Assembly: GCA_030867685.1 (NCBI GenBank)
Contig: JAQOWU010000008.1
Span: forward strand, 186,001-250,000
Length of the DNA: 64,000 nucleotides
Reading direction: 5' to 3'
Origin: Wickerhamiella versatilis
Lineage: Eukaryota
Numbering within the stretch: the first letter of the stretch is position 1; every line of letters begins with the position of its first letter. Position numbers and translations under genes: made by a program. The notes under the pieces were generated by a model that worked only from the letters and a program-made list of their open reading frames with translations, searched no databases and was not told the DNA's origin. Shown one piece after another: positions 63,409-64,000 of this stretch.

Positions 63409-64000
63409 TCAATAATGAACTTTACATGAAAAGACAAGACCTCGTGTATAACTCCGACAAGTCAGTCAGTGATTATATAACACATATGTGCCTACAAAAG
63501 AATTTGTAGATCAACTCTACTCTGGTCGAACTCCTCCTTGAAAATATCTCTATTTCTATCGTACCTCGAGAAGGGTCTCTTGTATATAATCAATCGTTAC
63601 CAAAAGTTTTTGTGTCGACACAGATAGACCCTGAGGTGAGCAGTGATTATTCACAAGAGCCCATAGTACTGAGCGTCACGTAACACCAAAGGATGAATAT
63701 ATCTCATCTGCTTAAAGGGAAAGCTTTATTTCTAAATTGTGTGTTGGCCAATACCAGATCACCAGTGTTCTTAATAAGCTCTTGCATAACTTCTGATCAA
63801 CCTAATATAGGAGTAACTGGTGGGAGGCTCCATCGGTCTTATTAAGTTGCCGGCAGATCAGTGCAAAGGTCTAATACCGAAGAGGGGTACTTACCAAGTA
63901 GATTTGTCGATAAGACCTCTCCATGGATTCCAAGACCTCAGTTCATCGGGATTTTTCTTATAAGTAGATCACAACGTTAGATGCGCTATCCGCCACACAT

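Noticed and set aside
1-64000. Bacterial origin or contamination of the whole window
   Set aside because: A spliceosomal intron, Zn2Cys6 factors, arrestins, an ANTH protein and monocistronic spacing are interleaved with the bacterial-type genes
63409-64000. Possible gene fragment at the right edge of the window
   Set aside because: Only short interrupted frames with no recognisable family

Overview
Gene-dense, nearly intron-free eukaryotic (yeast) DNA with about 36 protein-coding loci. No rRNA, tRNA, CRISPR array or intact mobile element was seen. One clear spliceosomal intron, Zn2Cys6 factors, arrestins and an ANTH protein show it is fungal. An Ffz1-like fructose facilitator, a Starmerella magnoliae-type carbonyl/mannitol reductase and many bacterial-looking genes point, by inference, to a fructophilic Wickerhamiella/Starmerella-clade yeast. 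About nine genes look bacterial in origin: gluconolactonase, nitrilase, AKR, MarR-GNAT, RimJ/L GNAT, MmgE/PrpD, amidohydrolase, MTH1187 and DOPA-dioxygenase. Top observations: (1) an intact bacterial MarR-GNAT regulator with a near-perfect 28-bp operator-like palindrome just upstream of its ATG; (2) a stand-alone fungal-type Trp synthase beta chain with both partners of the R141-D305 salt bridge substituted, lying tail-to-tail with a nitrilase; (3) a GATA-site-bearing cluster of an amino-acid permease, an Fe/2OG oxygenase and two DUF3445 N-demethylase-like genes; (4) a mosaic PrpD/lactonase/MFS/TF cluster; (5) three enzymes carrying signal peptides and GPI-like tails. All family assignments come from motif recognition, not database searches.
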